A stretch of 64,000 bases of DNA from Bacteroidales bacterium (GTDB taxonomy: Bacteria; Bacteroidota; Bacteroidia; Bacteroidales; F082). The translations under genes and the position numbers were made by a program. Position 1 is the stretch's first letter. Each line of letters starts with the position of its first letter. A model generated the notes under the pieces. It saw only the letters and a program-made list of their open reading frames with translations, had not been told where the DNA came from and searched no databases. Positions 25,604 through 35,331 of this stretch are shown here, piece by piece. Location of the stretch: contig JAKIVD010000021.1 in assembly GCA_021647205.1 (NCBI GenBank), forward strand, positions 2,977-66,976, read 5' to 3'.

Positions 25604-28600
25604 TCAATTTACCTTCACCCATTTAACGGTTTCTACTGTTTCTCCTGCGCGCAGCCTTGTGTAATAAATGCCCGGGGGGAAACCGCCCGCATCGAAATCC
25701 ATGCGCTGCATACCTTTGTAAAGGGTACTTTTCATCACGCTAAGCCTGCGGCCGGAAAGGTCAAAGATTTCAACCACAACGGAGCCCTTGCGCTGCAGTT
25801 TAAACGCCAGTGTGAAAATGCCCCTAACCGGGTTAGGGTAAATTTTCAACTTCGATTCCTCAACGGTTTGCTCCGCCACAACTACCGTGACATTGAAGAA
25901 ATTGACTATCCGTTTCAACAATTCGTCCCTTGTGTTCACACCCTGTCCGTCAACCAAATCGGCAAGGGCATAGGACATGCAGAAGGTTTTCTGAGCGTTG
26001 ACGGCCTCACCGTCAAACTGAACGGCAACCTTACCGTAGTCACTTTCGGCAAACGCAATGACCGCACCCGGAAGGCTTTCGTTTTTGGCGTATTTGTCAA
26101 TACCTCTTACGGACAATTGTCCGGTAGCCGCGAATTGCATCCCCTGGGTAAGGGCATCCTCCTGTCCCGACAAGTCGTCAATTTCGTTACGCTCTCCATC
26201 CTGAACACCTTGCAGGCCGAACACCCAGCCGGAGGTGCCCATCAAGGTCATCGCATCGCCACCTTCAAGGTAAATTCTTCCGCCGTCAAGGGCATAATTG
26301 AAGATGGCTGTTTTCATGTTTTCCGTTAGCGGACTGCTTCGCAAACCCGTGTTGCCAAAGGAAAGAAAAACCGCATTGTAGCCTTCCAGGCTTTCCGGAA
26401 AACGATTGGTGTAGCCTACGTTGTCGTACCAGTTGTTTTGAAGGTAATCGCGGATGAAAGTACCGCTGTAGCCGTTGGTATTTTCCCTGCCTTCGTAAAC
26501 GAGGATGCCTTCCCGAATAACGATGTGGTCTTTTTTCACCAGGGTGTCCTGATCCTGGTCGCCGTAAACCACCAGGCGTACGTCGAAAATCCCGCCTTCG
26601 GTGTACGTCCATACCGGATTTTGCTCATCGGAGTCAAACTGTCCGTCCCCGTCAAAATCCCATGACCAACCGGTAATCGCGGCACCCTCACCGGCAATTG
26701 ACCAGTCAGTAAACTGCACCACAAGGCCCGGTTTTCCTTCGGTTTGGTCTGCCGAAAAATTGGCAACAACGTAGCCGTCTCCTTCGGGATAACCGAAAAA
26801 GTCCATCACCTTGAGCATAAGGTTGTAACGCGATGACTGCGGGTTTTCATCCGTCAGTCCGGAAAGTGTGTATCCGAGATGAAAAGTCTTCTGGCCCGAG
26901 TCGCCTTCGTGGTAGAGTGAAACGAAACCGTAATCTTCTTCCGCAAAAGCAGCGGTGGCGCCGGCGGCGGGAAGAACGCGGTCGATGTACCAGTTGTACT
27001 GCTGGCTTGAACCGTTGAACTCCATTCCCTGGAACAAAGTCCCGTTTTGGCCGGTGAGCCGGTCCAGCGGATTGGGCATTTCCAGATCAATACCGGTACT
27101 GTCGGCACCAAACAAAGCTGCAAACACGTCCGCATTGGGGTATTCGTAAATAGCGGGGACAACCAAAAAGGGAGCACCGTCGCTGTATAGTGTGCCACCG
27201 TTTTCAAGGTAATGCTGTATGGGAAGCGAATGGGCATAGCTGAGGAAAGTACCTTTACCGAAATCTTCGCCGGCATTTCCGAACGACAGGAAAACGGCAT
27301 CAAACCCCGCGAAGCTTTGCGGATATGTGTTGGTGTAATAAACCGCATGCCCCCTTGCTTCAAGAAAGTCCCTGATAAATGTTCCGCTGTAGTCTTGTTC
27401 GGCGGATGCCCCCTCCCAAACAAGGAAACCCGCCGGTGCAACAAGCGCGGCAATTTCCGTTTCGCTTTCGCCCAGGACGGCCATGTCAGACGACACTTCA
27501 AGAATCAAATCGGCCAGGTGAGGCTTTGTGCCTTCTTCCACGGTGAACGCAAGTCCGCTTACCTCAAAAACCGCATCCCCCGGGATGGTATCGCTTACCG
27601 AAGCTACAGTTATTGTGATGGAAGGGTCGATGGACGAGAGTGTGAACACAGCCTCATTGTCGCTGAGGGCATGGGCATAATTGCGCATGGAAAACGAAAC
27701 GCTTACCGTTTCGCCAATTTCCAGCGCCCCGTCGCCGTCCTCATCTTCCAGGGTGTAGTCCATAAATTCAAGCCGCAACTCCTGGGGTAGCTGCACATTG
27801 GTGTCCGCAAGGGCACGGTAGGCATTGATTCTTCCCGAACCCAGTTCTTTTGCGTATGCGGGATTGATGCTGTCGATGTTGTCAGCAGTGCCGATCACCT
27901 GCCGGATGAGCTGTTCGTTTGTCCAGTCGGGGCGATAGGACTTCAACAGGGCAATCAAGCCTGCTGTCATGGGCGAGGCCATGGAGGTTCCGTCAAAGCT
28001 TGCATAATTGTTGTTGGTGATGGTGCTTAAAATACCCACTCCGGGTGCGGCAATGTCAAGCGAGATTCCGTAATTGGTGAACGAGGCCCGGGTGTCATCG
28101 GCATTGAGGGCCGAAACGGAAACCGATCCCATGTAAGCAGCCGGGTAAAACAAGTCGCCGCTGTTGTCGTTACCGGCGGCGCAGACCACAATCACACCCC
28201 GGCCCGTCGCGTAGTCGATGGCATCCTGCCCGACATTGGATTTGGGCATGCCTCCCCAGCTGTTGTTGATGATGTCGGCACCCATATCGGCTGCGTAAAT
28301 GATGGCATCCCATACGTAAATGAATTCGTCAACGGCATTGTCAACCTGTGTGGGCAAGTATTTTACATTGTACGAAACGCTGGCAATGCCGGTTCCGTTG
28401 TTCGTCCTTCCGGCAGCAATGCCTGCAACATGGGTTCCGTGCTGAAAAGGGCCCTGGCCCCACAGAGGATCGGGGTTGCTGCCGTTGCCGATGGTTTGGG
28501 CTTCGTGGAAATCCCATCCGATCACATCGTCAACAAAACCGTTTCCGTCGTCATCGATGCCGTTCAGGTCGTCGGGATCACGCTCCCAGACACCGTTGTT

Positions 28601-29230
28601 GAACTCCAGGGTAACGCCGTCGCCATCGGCATCTTCACCGAGGTTCTGCCAGCAGTTTTCCGTCAAATCCGGGTGCAGCCAGTCCACGCCGCTGTCAATG
28701 ATGGCCACGATCACCTCTTGGCCATCTTCACCTTTGTGCAGGTCCCAGGCCTGCGGTGCCATAATCTGCGGCAGGTGCTGCTGGCTGCTGTAAAGCGCAT
28801 CGTTGGGGACTTCCAGTGCATGGTAAACGGGGATTGCCTCGGCGTATTCGATGTTGGGGTCGGCGGCGAAGGCCCGGGCCACCCGGTGAACGTTTTGCGA
28901 AGCGGGAAAGCTTAGCCTGTAAATGCGGCTCAGGTCGGGCAAACCTGAATTTTCGGGAATGGGCTTGTGCCTGAATCTTTTCTCAAGCTTTTGAACCCTG
29001 AAGGCCAACGCCTTTTTGTCCAGTGAGGCTAGCCCGAAACGGATGTTTTTTTCCTGTTTGCCGTAAGGGCCGATATTTGATTTTACTTTGATGATGATGG
29101 AACCCGGAACAAATCCCGGGCTGCCGTTTTCCGGAGTTTTTGTCGCCTGGGTGAAGGCTGCAAAGGGAGTCAGCAAGGACACCAACATCAGTAAAATAAG
29201 TTTTTTGGGAAAAGAAATCATGGTATTCAT
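25604..29230 (-). CDS. Large S8 serine peptidase with an internally duplicated module, a PKD domain and a T9SS C-terminal domain.
   Basis: Triad contexts are DSGVDWLHPDL, HGTHVAGIAAG and GTSMASPMTAG. The PKD-like region is VQFTDWS..WSWDFDGDG..FDVRLVV. The C-terminal domain is KIYPNPVRGIFTL...GIYYTRLRAGETVETVKWVKVN. Confidence 0.85.
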   Translation of the reverse strand: MNTMISFPKKLILLMLVSLLTPFAAFTQATKTPENGSPGFVPGSIIIKVKSNIGPYGKQEKNIRFGLASLDKKALAFRVQKLEKRFRHKPIPENSGLPDLSRIYRLSFPASQNVHRVARAFAADPNIEYAEAIPVYHALEVPNDALYSSQQHLPQIMAPQAWDLHKGEDGQEVIVAIIDSGVDWLHPDLTENCWQNLGEDADGDGVTLEFNNGVWERDPDDLNGIDDDGNGFVDDVIGWDFHEAQTIGNGSNPDPLWGQGPFQHGTHVAGIAAGRTNNGTGIASVSYNVKYLPTQVDNAVDEFIYVWDAIIYAADMGADIINNSWGGMPKSNVGQDAIDYATGRGVIVVCAAGNDNSGDLFYPAAYMGSVSVSALNADDTRASFTNYGISLDIAAPGVGILSTITNNNYASFDGTSMASPMTAGLIALLKSYRPDWTNEQLIRQVIGTADNIDSINPAYAKELGSGRINAYRALADTNVQLPQELRLEFMDYTLEDEDGDGALEIGETVSVSFSMRNYAHALSDNEAVFTLSSIDPSITITVASVSDTIPGDAVFEVSGLAFTVEEGTKPHLADLILEVSSDMAVLGESETEIAALVAPAGFLVWEGASAEQDYSGTFIRDFLEARGHAVYYTNTYPQSFAGFDAVFLSFGNAGEDFGKGTFLSYAHSLPIQHYLENGGTLYSDGAPFLVVPAIYEYPNADVFAALFGADSTGIDLEMPNPLDRLTGQNGTLFQGMEFNGSSQQYNWYIDRVLPAAGATAAFAEEDYGFVSLYHEGDSGQKTFHLGYTLSGLTDENPQSSRYNLMLKVMDFFGYPEGDGYVVANFSADQTEGKPGLVVQFTDWSIAGEGAAITGWSWDFDGDGQFDSDEQNPVWTYTEGGIFDVRLVVYGDQDQDTLVKKDHIVIREGILVYEGRENTNGYSGTFIRDYLQNNWYDNVGYTNRFPESLEGYNAVFLSFGNTGLRSSPLTENMKTAIFNYALDGGRIYLEGGDAMTLMGTSGWVFGLQGVQDGERNEIDDLSGQEDALTQGMQFAATGQLSVRGIDKYAKNESLPGAVIAFAESDYGKVAVQFDGEAVNAQKTFCMSYALADLVDGQGVNTRDELLKRIVNFFNVTVVVAEQTVEESKLKIYPNPVRGIFTLAFKLQRKGSVVVEIFDLSGRRLSVMKSTLYKGMQRMDFDAGGFPPGIYYTRLRAGETVETVKWVKVN

Positions 29231-29605
29231 ACGGGATATTTTTTGTCGTGTTTAAAATATATGGTACTATTATTTCTTCTGGCCGGTACCCCTAAAAAGG
29301 TGTTAGGTTCAGACCTGAATTTGGCCCGACATGATTAATACCAACAGAAAAATGTATGGATCAGCTAATTTTGCCGAAGTAGTTTTTTGACCTGCTGAAA
29401 GAAATTTTGATAAAAATAGGTATTAACACCGTGTCTGTCGGCATTTAACAGTTATTTAACAACTTATGCGAATTGTATTTCAAAATGCGCTTTTGGTGCA
29501 TTTCGATTTGTAACCGGAAAAATGCTGTTTAACACCTGCGGCCTGGCACACAAAACAAAATTCAGCCCTAAACCAGGTTTTTGGCAGCATTTCTTTTTTT
29601 CTTAG

Positions 29606-29613
29606 TAATTTTG
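29606..29613 (+). promoter_or_regulatory. Candidate -7 promoter element (TAATTTTG) for gldE.
   Basis: Matches TAnnTTTG 34 nt upstream of the annotated TTG start. An ATG alternative lies at 29692. Confidence 0.35.
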
Positions 29614-29646
29614 ACGCACATTTCAATTTAACTGAATATTTCCATT

Positions 29647-31005
29647 TTGGAAAACGCTGATTTAGGTTCCCATCTTCATACCTTAAGCCTGATGGCCAAC
29701 ATCTTTTTATTGGACATCCCGATGGGGGTTTTCCCCGGTCTCCTTATCCTGCTTCTGCTCGTCATTTCCTCAGGACTCGTTTCCGGTTCCGAAACAGCTT
29801 TCTTTTCGCTGAGCCCTTCGGACCTGGAGGTGCTGCGCAACAGTAAACGTGCGGGCGACAAGCTACTCCTTTCCTTCAGGAGCAAACCAAAAGCCTTACT
29901 GGCCACCATCCTCATTGCCAACAACCTGATTAATGTTGGGATTGTAATCCTGGCTACTTATCTGTCTGCAATCCTGTTCAATTTTGGCGACAACCGCATA
30001 CTTGCTTTCGTAGTAGAAGTGGTGGCCATCACCTCCGTTATCCTGATTTTCGGGGAAATCATCCCGAAAATACTGGCCAATAAACAAGCACTGATGATGG
30101 CCCGTTTGATGGCCAAACCAATGAATGTAAGCATGTATATTTTTAGGCCGTTGAGCGCTTTGCTTGTGAAATCAACTTCGCTGATTGACAAAAGTTTCGC
30201 TAAAAAAGGACACCAGATTTCCATGAGCGAATTGTCTGATGCCATTGAAATTACGAGCGGCGAAAGTGCCCCCGAGGAGGAGAAGATGATTTTGAAAGGC
30301 ATCGCCACTTTCGGGGAAAAAGAAGCCAGTGAAATTATGCAATCACGGGTCAACGTGACCGCACTCGATATTCACCAGCCTTTTTCCGAAGTGATGCAGG
30401 TGGTAGCTGAGTCAGGCTTTTCGCGTATTCCCGTTTACAAGGAAAACATCGACAAGGTAAAAGGGATTTTGTACATCAAAGACCTGCTGCCCATCACCCA
30501 TAAGCAAGAAGATTTTAACTGGAACGCCATCATCCGGCCGGCTTTTTATGTTCCTGAAAACAAGAGGCTGAACGATCTTTTGCAAGAATTCAGGGAGAAA
30601 AAAATTCACCTGGCAATTGTCGTTGACGAATATGGCGGGACTTCGGGGATTATCACGCTTGAAGATATTATTGAAGAGATTGTGGGTGAGATCAGCGACG
30701 AATTTGACAAAGAAAACCAGCAATTCAGGTACAAAAAGATTTCTTCAGATAGTTATCGTTTCGAAGCCAAAACACCCCTAAACGACCTGTGTAAAATACT
30801 ACAGCTTGATGATGATTTCTTTGACGGCGTAAAAGGCGAGTCCGATTCGCTCGGCGGGCTTTTGCTGGAACTCGAAGGAAAAATTCCCGAAAAAGGGGCA
30901 ACCATCACTTTCAAACAATTTGAGTTTAGTGTTACAGATGTTGACACCCGAAAGATTAACGAAGTGAAAATAAAGAAAGTGGAAAATGAAAACCGGAAAA
31001 GTTAA
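29647..31005 (+). CDS. gldE: Gliding-motility protein GldE (DUF21 / CBS pair / CorC_HlyC transporter-associated architecture).
   Basis: The N-terminal DUF21 has TM helices with SGSETAFFSL. A CBS pair and a CorC C-terminal domain follow. It overlaps the downstream gldD by 20 nt, as in Flavobacterium. The start codon is uncertain. Confidence 0.75.
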   Translation: MENADLGSHLHTLSLMANIFLLDIPMGVFPGLLILLLLVISSGLVSGSETAFFSLSPSDLEVLRNSKRAGDKLLLSFRSKPKALLATILIANNLINVGIVILATYLSAILFNFGDNRILAFVVEVVAITSVILIFGEIIPKILANKQALMMARLMAKPMNVSMYIFRPLSALLVKSTSLIDKSFAKKGHQISMSELSDAIEITSGESAPEEEKMILKGIATFGEKEASEIMQSRVNVTALDIHQPFSEVMQVVAESGFSRIPVYKENIDKVKGILYIKDLLPITHKQEDFNWNAIIRPAFYVPENKRLNDLLQEFREKKIHLAIVVDEYGGTSGIITLEDIIEEIVGEISDEFDKENQQFRYKKISSDSYRFEAKTPLNDLCKILQLDDDFFDGVKGESDSLGGLLLELEGKIPEKGATITFKQFEFSVTDVDTRKINEVKIKKVENENRKS

Positions 31006-31600
31006 AATTACACTCATTTTTCTGGTGGCTGCCGGCTTGTTGGCTTCCTGTGACAACGACAACTTTACCCCGAAACCCAGGGGTTATTTCAGAATCGATT
31101 TGCCTGCGAAACAGTATAATTTGCTCGACTCAACCCTTCCCTACACTTTTGAATACCCGACCTACGCCAACCTGAGCCCGGATTTACATTCGCCAAACGA
31201 AAAATACTGGCTAAACATCAATTTCACCCCTTTCAAGGCAACGCTGCATTTAAGCTACAAAAAGGTGGACGGAGATTTACTTACCTTCCTCGAAGATGCC
31301 CACATGCTTGTTACCAAACATATTCCAAAAGCCGATGCCATTTACGATAGCCTGATAGTTGACCGTCAGCGCAATGTTTTTGGCCTGGCTTATGAAATAG
31401 AAGGAAGCGGTGCGGCTTCCCCTTACCAGTTCTTCCTCACCGACAGCACCTCGCATTTTTTACGGGGGGCACTTTATTTTAATATCGCACCCAACAACGA
31501 TTCCCTTCAGCCCGTTATCGACTTCATTCAAAAAGATATTGAACATTTAATTGGCACTTTGCGGTGGAAAGATTTGCCTCCGGGCAACGCTACACCTTAA
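30986..31600 (+). CDS. gldD: Gliding-motility lipoprotein GldD.
   Basis: The lipobox is LLASC, followed by FTPKPRGYFRIDLP..Y...YPTYA, typical of the GldD N-terminus. Confidence 0.75.
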   Translation: MKTGKVKITLIFLVAAGLLASCDNDNFTPKPRGYFRIDLPAKQYNLLDSTLPYTFEYPTYANLSPDLHSPNEKYWLNINFTPFKATLHLSYKKVDGDLLTFLEDAHMLVTKHIPKADAIYDSLIVDRQRNVFGLAYEIEGSGAASPYQFFLTDSTSHFLRGALYFNIAPNNDSLQPVIDFIQKDIEHLIGTLRWKDLPPGNATP

Positions 31601-31643
31601 AAAAGTGTCTTCAAACCATCCATTAAAAAATAATCCCTTAAAA

Positions 31644-34013
31644 ATGAAAAAGAAATTTGTTTCCTTCGCGCTTAGCATGCTCATTATTCTTTCCGTAACA
31701 GCCCAGGATAATTATTCAAAAGTCAGGATTTCTCTCACCGGAAAAAATCTCCGGGAACTGGCCGCAACAGGTATTGATGTCAATGAAGGAATCCTTAAAA
31801 AAGGTATTTATTTTGAGACTGACCTTTCTTCGCAAGAAATTGCAAAGATTACGGCAGCAGGCTTCAGTTACGAAATCCGCATAGCAAATGTTTCAAAATA
31901 TTACGCCGAAAGATCAGCTAACGACAACACCCGCTTAATTCGCGAGATCAATGACGAATGGCCCACACCCGCCAACTGGGAATATGGTTCGATGGGCGGT
32001 TTTTACACCCTCGACGAAGCAATGGCCGAGTTAGATTCGATGTTTGCACTCTACCCCAACCTGATTACACAGCGGCAACCCATCTCGACAGACACCCTTA
32101 CCCATGAGGGCAGAATGCTTTACTGGGTGCGCCTTTCCGACAACCCGAATACCGACGAAAACGAGCCCGAAGTATTGTACACCGGCATCCACCACGCCCG
32201 CGAACCCATGAGCGTACAGCAAATGATTTGGTATATGTGGCATTTGCTCGAAAACTACGATGCAGACCCGGAAATCCGGCAATTGGTCGATGCCACCGAA
32301 ATGTATTTTGTGCCCATCCTGAACCCTGACGGATATGCCTACAATTATCTTACTGACCCAAATGGCGGCGGTATGTGGCGCAAGAACAGACGGAACAATG
32401 GAGATGGGAGCATGGGCGTCGACCCCAACCGTAACTATGATTTTCAATGGGGATACGACAACAGTGGTTCCTCCCCCATCCCTTCCGAACCAACCTACCG
32501 TGGACCTTCGCCTTTCTCGGAGCCCGAAATGAAAAATATCAGGGATTTTTGTAATGCCCATGAGTTTAAAATCGCCCTGAACTACCATTCGTACAGTAAT
32601 TTGTTGTTGTACGTCTGGGGATGGACAGAGGACCCTTCGCCGGATGATGCACTGCTCAATGAGTATGCTGTTTTGATGACAAAAGAAAATGCATACACCT
32701 ACGGGCCGGGCAGCACAACGATTTATCCCACCAACGGCGGGTCGGATGACTGGATGTATGGTGAGCAGGATACGAAAGAAAAAATATTGTCCTATACACC
32801 CGAAGTCGGACATGGGGGAGATGGTTTCTGGCCGCAGATCAGCCGGATTGCACCGCTTTGCAGGGAACAGATGTGGCAGAATATTCATGCCGCCAGACTG
32901 GTTGGGAAATATGCAACACTGTCTGACAAGGCCCCCCTGGTTTTTGATGAAGAAGGCGGCTTTCTTGCATTTGAAATTAAAAGACTGGGCTTAACTCCTA
33001 CCGATACTTTTACCGTTTCCATTACACCGCTTGGCGACAACCTGGTGGAGGTTGGTAACCCGCATGTATTTGAAAATATGGAATTGCTGCAATCGGAAAC
33101 GGATTCGATCAGCTATGTGCTTGCACCTGGAATAGAAAACGGGGCAACCTTTCGTTACCTTTTGTCAGTTGATAATGGTGAGTTCGTGGTTTCCGACACC
33201 ATCGAAAAAGTTTTTGGTACAGAAGTGGAGATATTTTCTGACAAAGGCGATGACATGGCAAATTGGTCGTCTGACAAATGGGCGCTGACAAATACAAACT
33301 ATTACTCCCCTGAATACTCATTTACCGACTCACCCCTGGGAAATTACCAGGACGAACAAACCAACCCCATCACACTTGACACCGTCATCGACCTGACTGA
33401 TGTTACGATGGCTTTCCTCCGGTTTTGGGCCAGCTGGGATATTGAAGCCGGCTGGGATTACCTTCAGGTTGATGCCAAAGCAATGGACAACGGTCAATGG
33501 ACACCACTGCTGGGTAACTTCACCAAGGCCGGTTCAGGGCAGTTTCAACCCACAGGTGAGCCTGTTTACGATGGCCAAAGTGATTGGGTGCGCGAAGAAA
33601 TGAATATTTCCGGTTTCGCCGGCGAAAAAATCAAAATCCGGTTTACACTCTACAGCGACCAGGCAGTTAACGAAGACGGATTCTATTTTGACGATTTGAG
33701 TATCTCGGTCATTTCAGGAACTGTTGGTATCGACCCCGCAACTGAACAACCGAAACATAAACTATTGGTTTCCAAAGCTTTTCCAAACCCTGCCAAACAG
33801 AGTTTCAAAGTCAGTTACCAATTAAGCGGAAATAATAAAAATGCCCGCATGGAAATTTACGATGCAATAGGAAACCTAATTAAAACCATCGGTATCAGCA
33901 ACAATTCAGGTGTGGTAACCATACCGGTTAACGATGTGCGCAGTGGCGTTTACTTCTACCGCCTGGTAAGCAATGGTGAAGTTTCGGCGACACAACGGAT
34001 GCTTAAACAGTAA
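31644..34013 (+). CDS. M14 zinc carboxypeptidase with a MAM-like domain and a T9SS C-terminal domain.
   Basis: The start is set at MKKKFVSFALSMLIILSVTA|QD. HHAREPMS provides the HxxE zinc ligands. The C-terminal domain is KAFPNPAKQSFKV...GVYFYRLVSNGEVSATQRMLKQ. Confidence 0.85.
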   Translation: MKKKFVSFALSMLIILSVTAQDNYSKVRISLTGKNLRELAATGIDVNEGILKKGIYFETDLSSQEIAKITAAGFSYEIRIANVSKYYAERSANDNTRLIREINDEWPTPANWEYGSMGGFYTLDEAMAELDSMFALYPNLITQRQPISTDTLTHEGRMLYWVRLSDNPNTDENEPEVLYTGIHHAREPMSVQQMIWYMWHLLENYDADPEIRQLVDATEMYFVPILNPDGYAYNYLTDPNGGGMWRKNRRNNGDGSMGVDPNRNYDFQWGYDNSGSSPIPSEPTYRGPSPFSEPEMKNIRDFCNAHEFKIALNYHSYSNLLLYVWGWTEDPSPDDALLNEYAVLMTKENAYTYGPGSTTIYPTNGGSDDWMYGEQDTKEKILSYTPEVGHGGDGFWPQISRIAPLCREQMWQNIHAARLVGKYATLSDKAPLVFDEEGGFLAFEIKRLGLTPTDTFTVSITPLGDNLVEVGNPHVFENMELLQSETDSISYVLAPGIENGATFRYLLSVDNGEFVVSDTIEKVFGTEVEIFSDKGDDMANWSSDKWALTNTNYYSPEYSFTDSPLGNYQDEQTNPITLDTVIDLTDVTMAFLRFWASWDIEAGWDYLQVDAKAMDNGQWTPLLGNFTKAGSGQFQPTGEPVYDGQSDWVREEMNISGFAGEKIKIRFTLYSDQAVNEDGFYFDDLSISVISGTVGIDPATEQPKHKLLVSKAFPNPAKQSFKVSYQLSGNNKNARMEIYDAIGNLIKTIGISNNSGVVTIPVNDVRSGVYFYRLVSNGEVSATQRMLKQ

Positions 34014-34285
34014 GGACCGGATTACCTTTTTGACAGAAGACCTGAAAGACTGAATACAAAATAGTCTGCTTCAGTGCTTTTACAATAAAAAAACAGCCTG
34101 GTATCTGTATTCGTTTTGTACGGAAGAAATAATTCTCAAACTTGGTTTTTGAAAAGCTTCAATAAGGACGGAACCACTCATTCTGCATGAAAATGGGGGT
34201 TGCAGACAACCTGATTTTTCATCTTGAAGTATAATCCGGTTCGGGAAAATAGAATTACCTTCGCCATTCACCCAACCCACACAAA

Positions 34286-34662
34286 ATGAAATCTTTTCTC
34301 AAAACAACCCCGGCAACACTGCTTGTCCTGTTAGCCATCTCCATGCCTTTGCGTGCCCAGTGGGACGTCTGGTCAGCGGCAGCACCTTTGAGCGACTCTG
34401 TTTCCGACAACCGGAATGCAGTAGTTCAATGGCTGGAATTTGTTGAAAACGACTACTACGTTTTCTGGGAGAATTCCACCGACAGCCTTTCCACGTCCAT
34501 TGTTTACAAAAAATTTTACGGCGACGACGAACCCCAGGTTTTGCTGTCGCAGGAGGGCATGTGTACAAATGGGACGGAAAGTCGTCCGGGGCAGGATTGT
34601 ATTTTGTTTCTTTGCAAAGCGGTTCGAAACGCGTAACGAAAAAAATCATCCTGGCAAAATAA
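34286..34662 (+). pseudogene. Decayed T9SS cargo gene: a signal peptide plus about 90 aa joined out of frame to the last approximately 35 aa of a T9SS C-terminal domain.
   Basis: Frame 1 reads MKSFLK..PLRA|QWDVW... to a stop at 34636. The next frame, from about 34556, reads GHVYKWDGKSSGAGLYFVSLQSGSKRVTKKIILAK-stop (34660..34662), a canonical T9SS C-terminal-domain end. Confidence 0.6.
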
Positions 34663-34669
34663 AACCTGA

Positions 34670-35257
34670 ATGGACAAAGCTGCACACAACATTTACCCTG
34701 TCAACGAATTGGTCAGAAAACGATGGAGCCCCCGTGCTTTCAGCGAAAAGCCCGTGGAGGAAGAAAAGCTGAACAGCCTTTTCGAAGCGGCGCGCTGGGC
34801 GCCTTCCGCCTTTAACGAGCAACCCTGGCGGTTCATTGTTGGCCGTAAAGGCAATGAAGTTTACGACAAAATCATGCAGTCGCTGGTGGAATGGAACCGC
34901 CAGTGGGCCGGCAGGGCGCCGGTGCTGGTGCTGAATCTTGCCCGGAAAACATTCAGCCACAACAACAAGCCCAATGGCGTCGCCCTCTACGACCTGGGCC
35001 AGGCCGTGGCTTTTATGATTCTTGAAGCCGTCAACCAGGGACTGATCAGTCACGAAATGAGTGGTTTTGATGCCGGAGAAGCCGCCCGTTTGCTGGAAAT
35101 CCCGGAAAGCTTTCAGGCTGTTTCCGTAACGGCTTTCGGCTATTATGGAGACCCTGATGCCCTGCCCCGGGATATGTACGAATCGGAAACCGGTAAACGG
35201 CAAAGAAAAAATCCGGGAGAAATTGTGTTTGGCGCAGGTGGACGGCCAGTCGTCTGA
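34670..35257 (+). CDS. Nitroreductase family protein.
   Basis: RWSPRAF and ARWAPSAFNEQPWRF. Confidence 0.85.
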   Translation: MDKAAHNIYPVNELVRKRWSPRAFSEKPVEEEKLNSLFEAARWAPSAFNEQPWRFIVGRKGNEVYDKIMQSLVEWNRQWAGRAPVLVLNLARKTFSHNNKPNGVALYDLGQAVAFMILEAVNQGLISHEMSGFDAGEAARLLEIPESFQAVSVTAFGYYGDPDALPRDMYESETGKRQRKNPGEIVFGAGGRPVV

Positions 35258-35331
35258 CCACTCGAAGCAAAAAGTGAAATAAAATTGAAATATCTTAGTT
35301 CAGTGGTCTGACGACCATTAAACCGAAAAAT

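Noticed and set aside
31551-31643. A TTG-initiated extension of the M14 gene that overlaps gldD.
   Set aside because: The canonical signal peptide starts at the ATG at 31644. The extension has no signal-like features.
32031-32888. A 285-aa minus-strand ORF inside the M14 carboxypeptidase gene. Similar long antisense ORFs occur at 19240..19872, 26854..27501, 53245..54174, 56246..56932 and 63103..63861.
   Set aside because: All lie opposite genes with strong family motifs. None has its own motifs or a plausible start context. All show shadow-frame composition.
34080-34280. A 66-aa minus-strand ORF in the spacer after the M14 gene.
   Set aside because: No motifs and no start context. The region is better explained as the terminator and promoter spacer.
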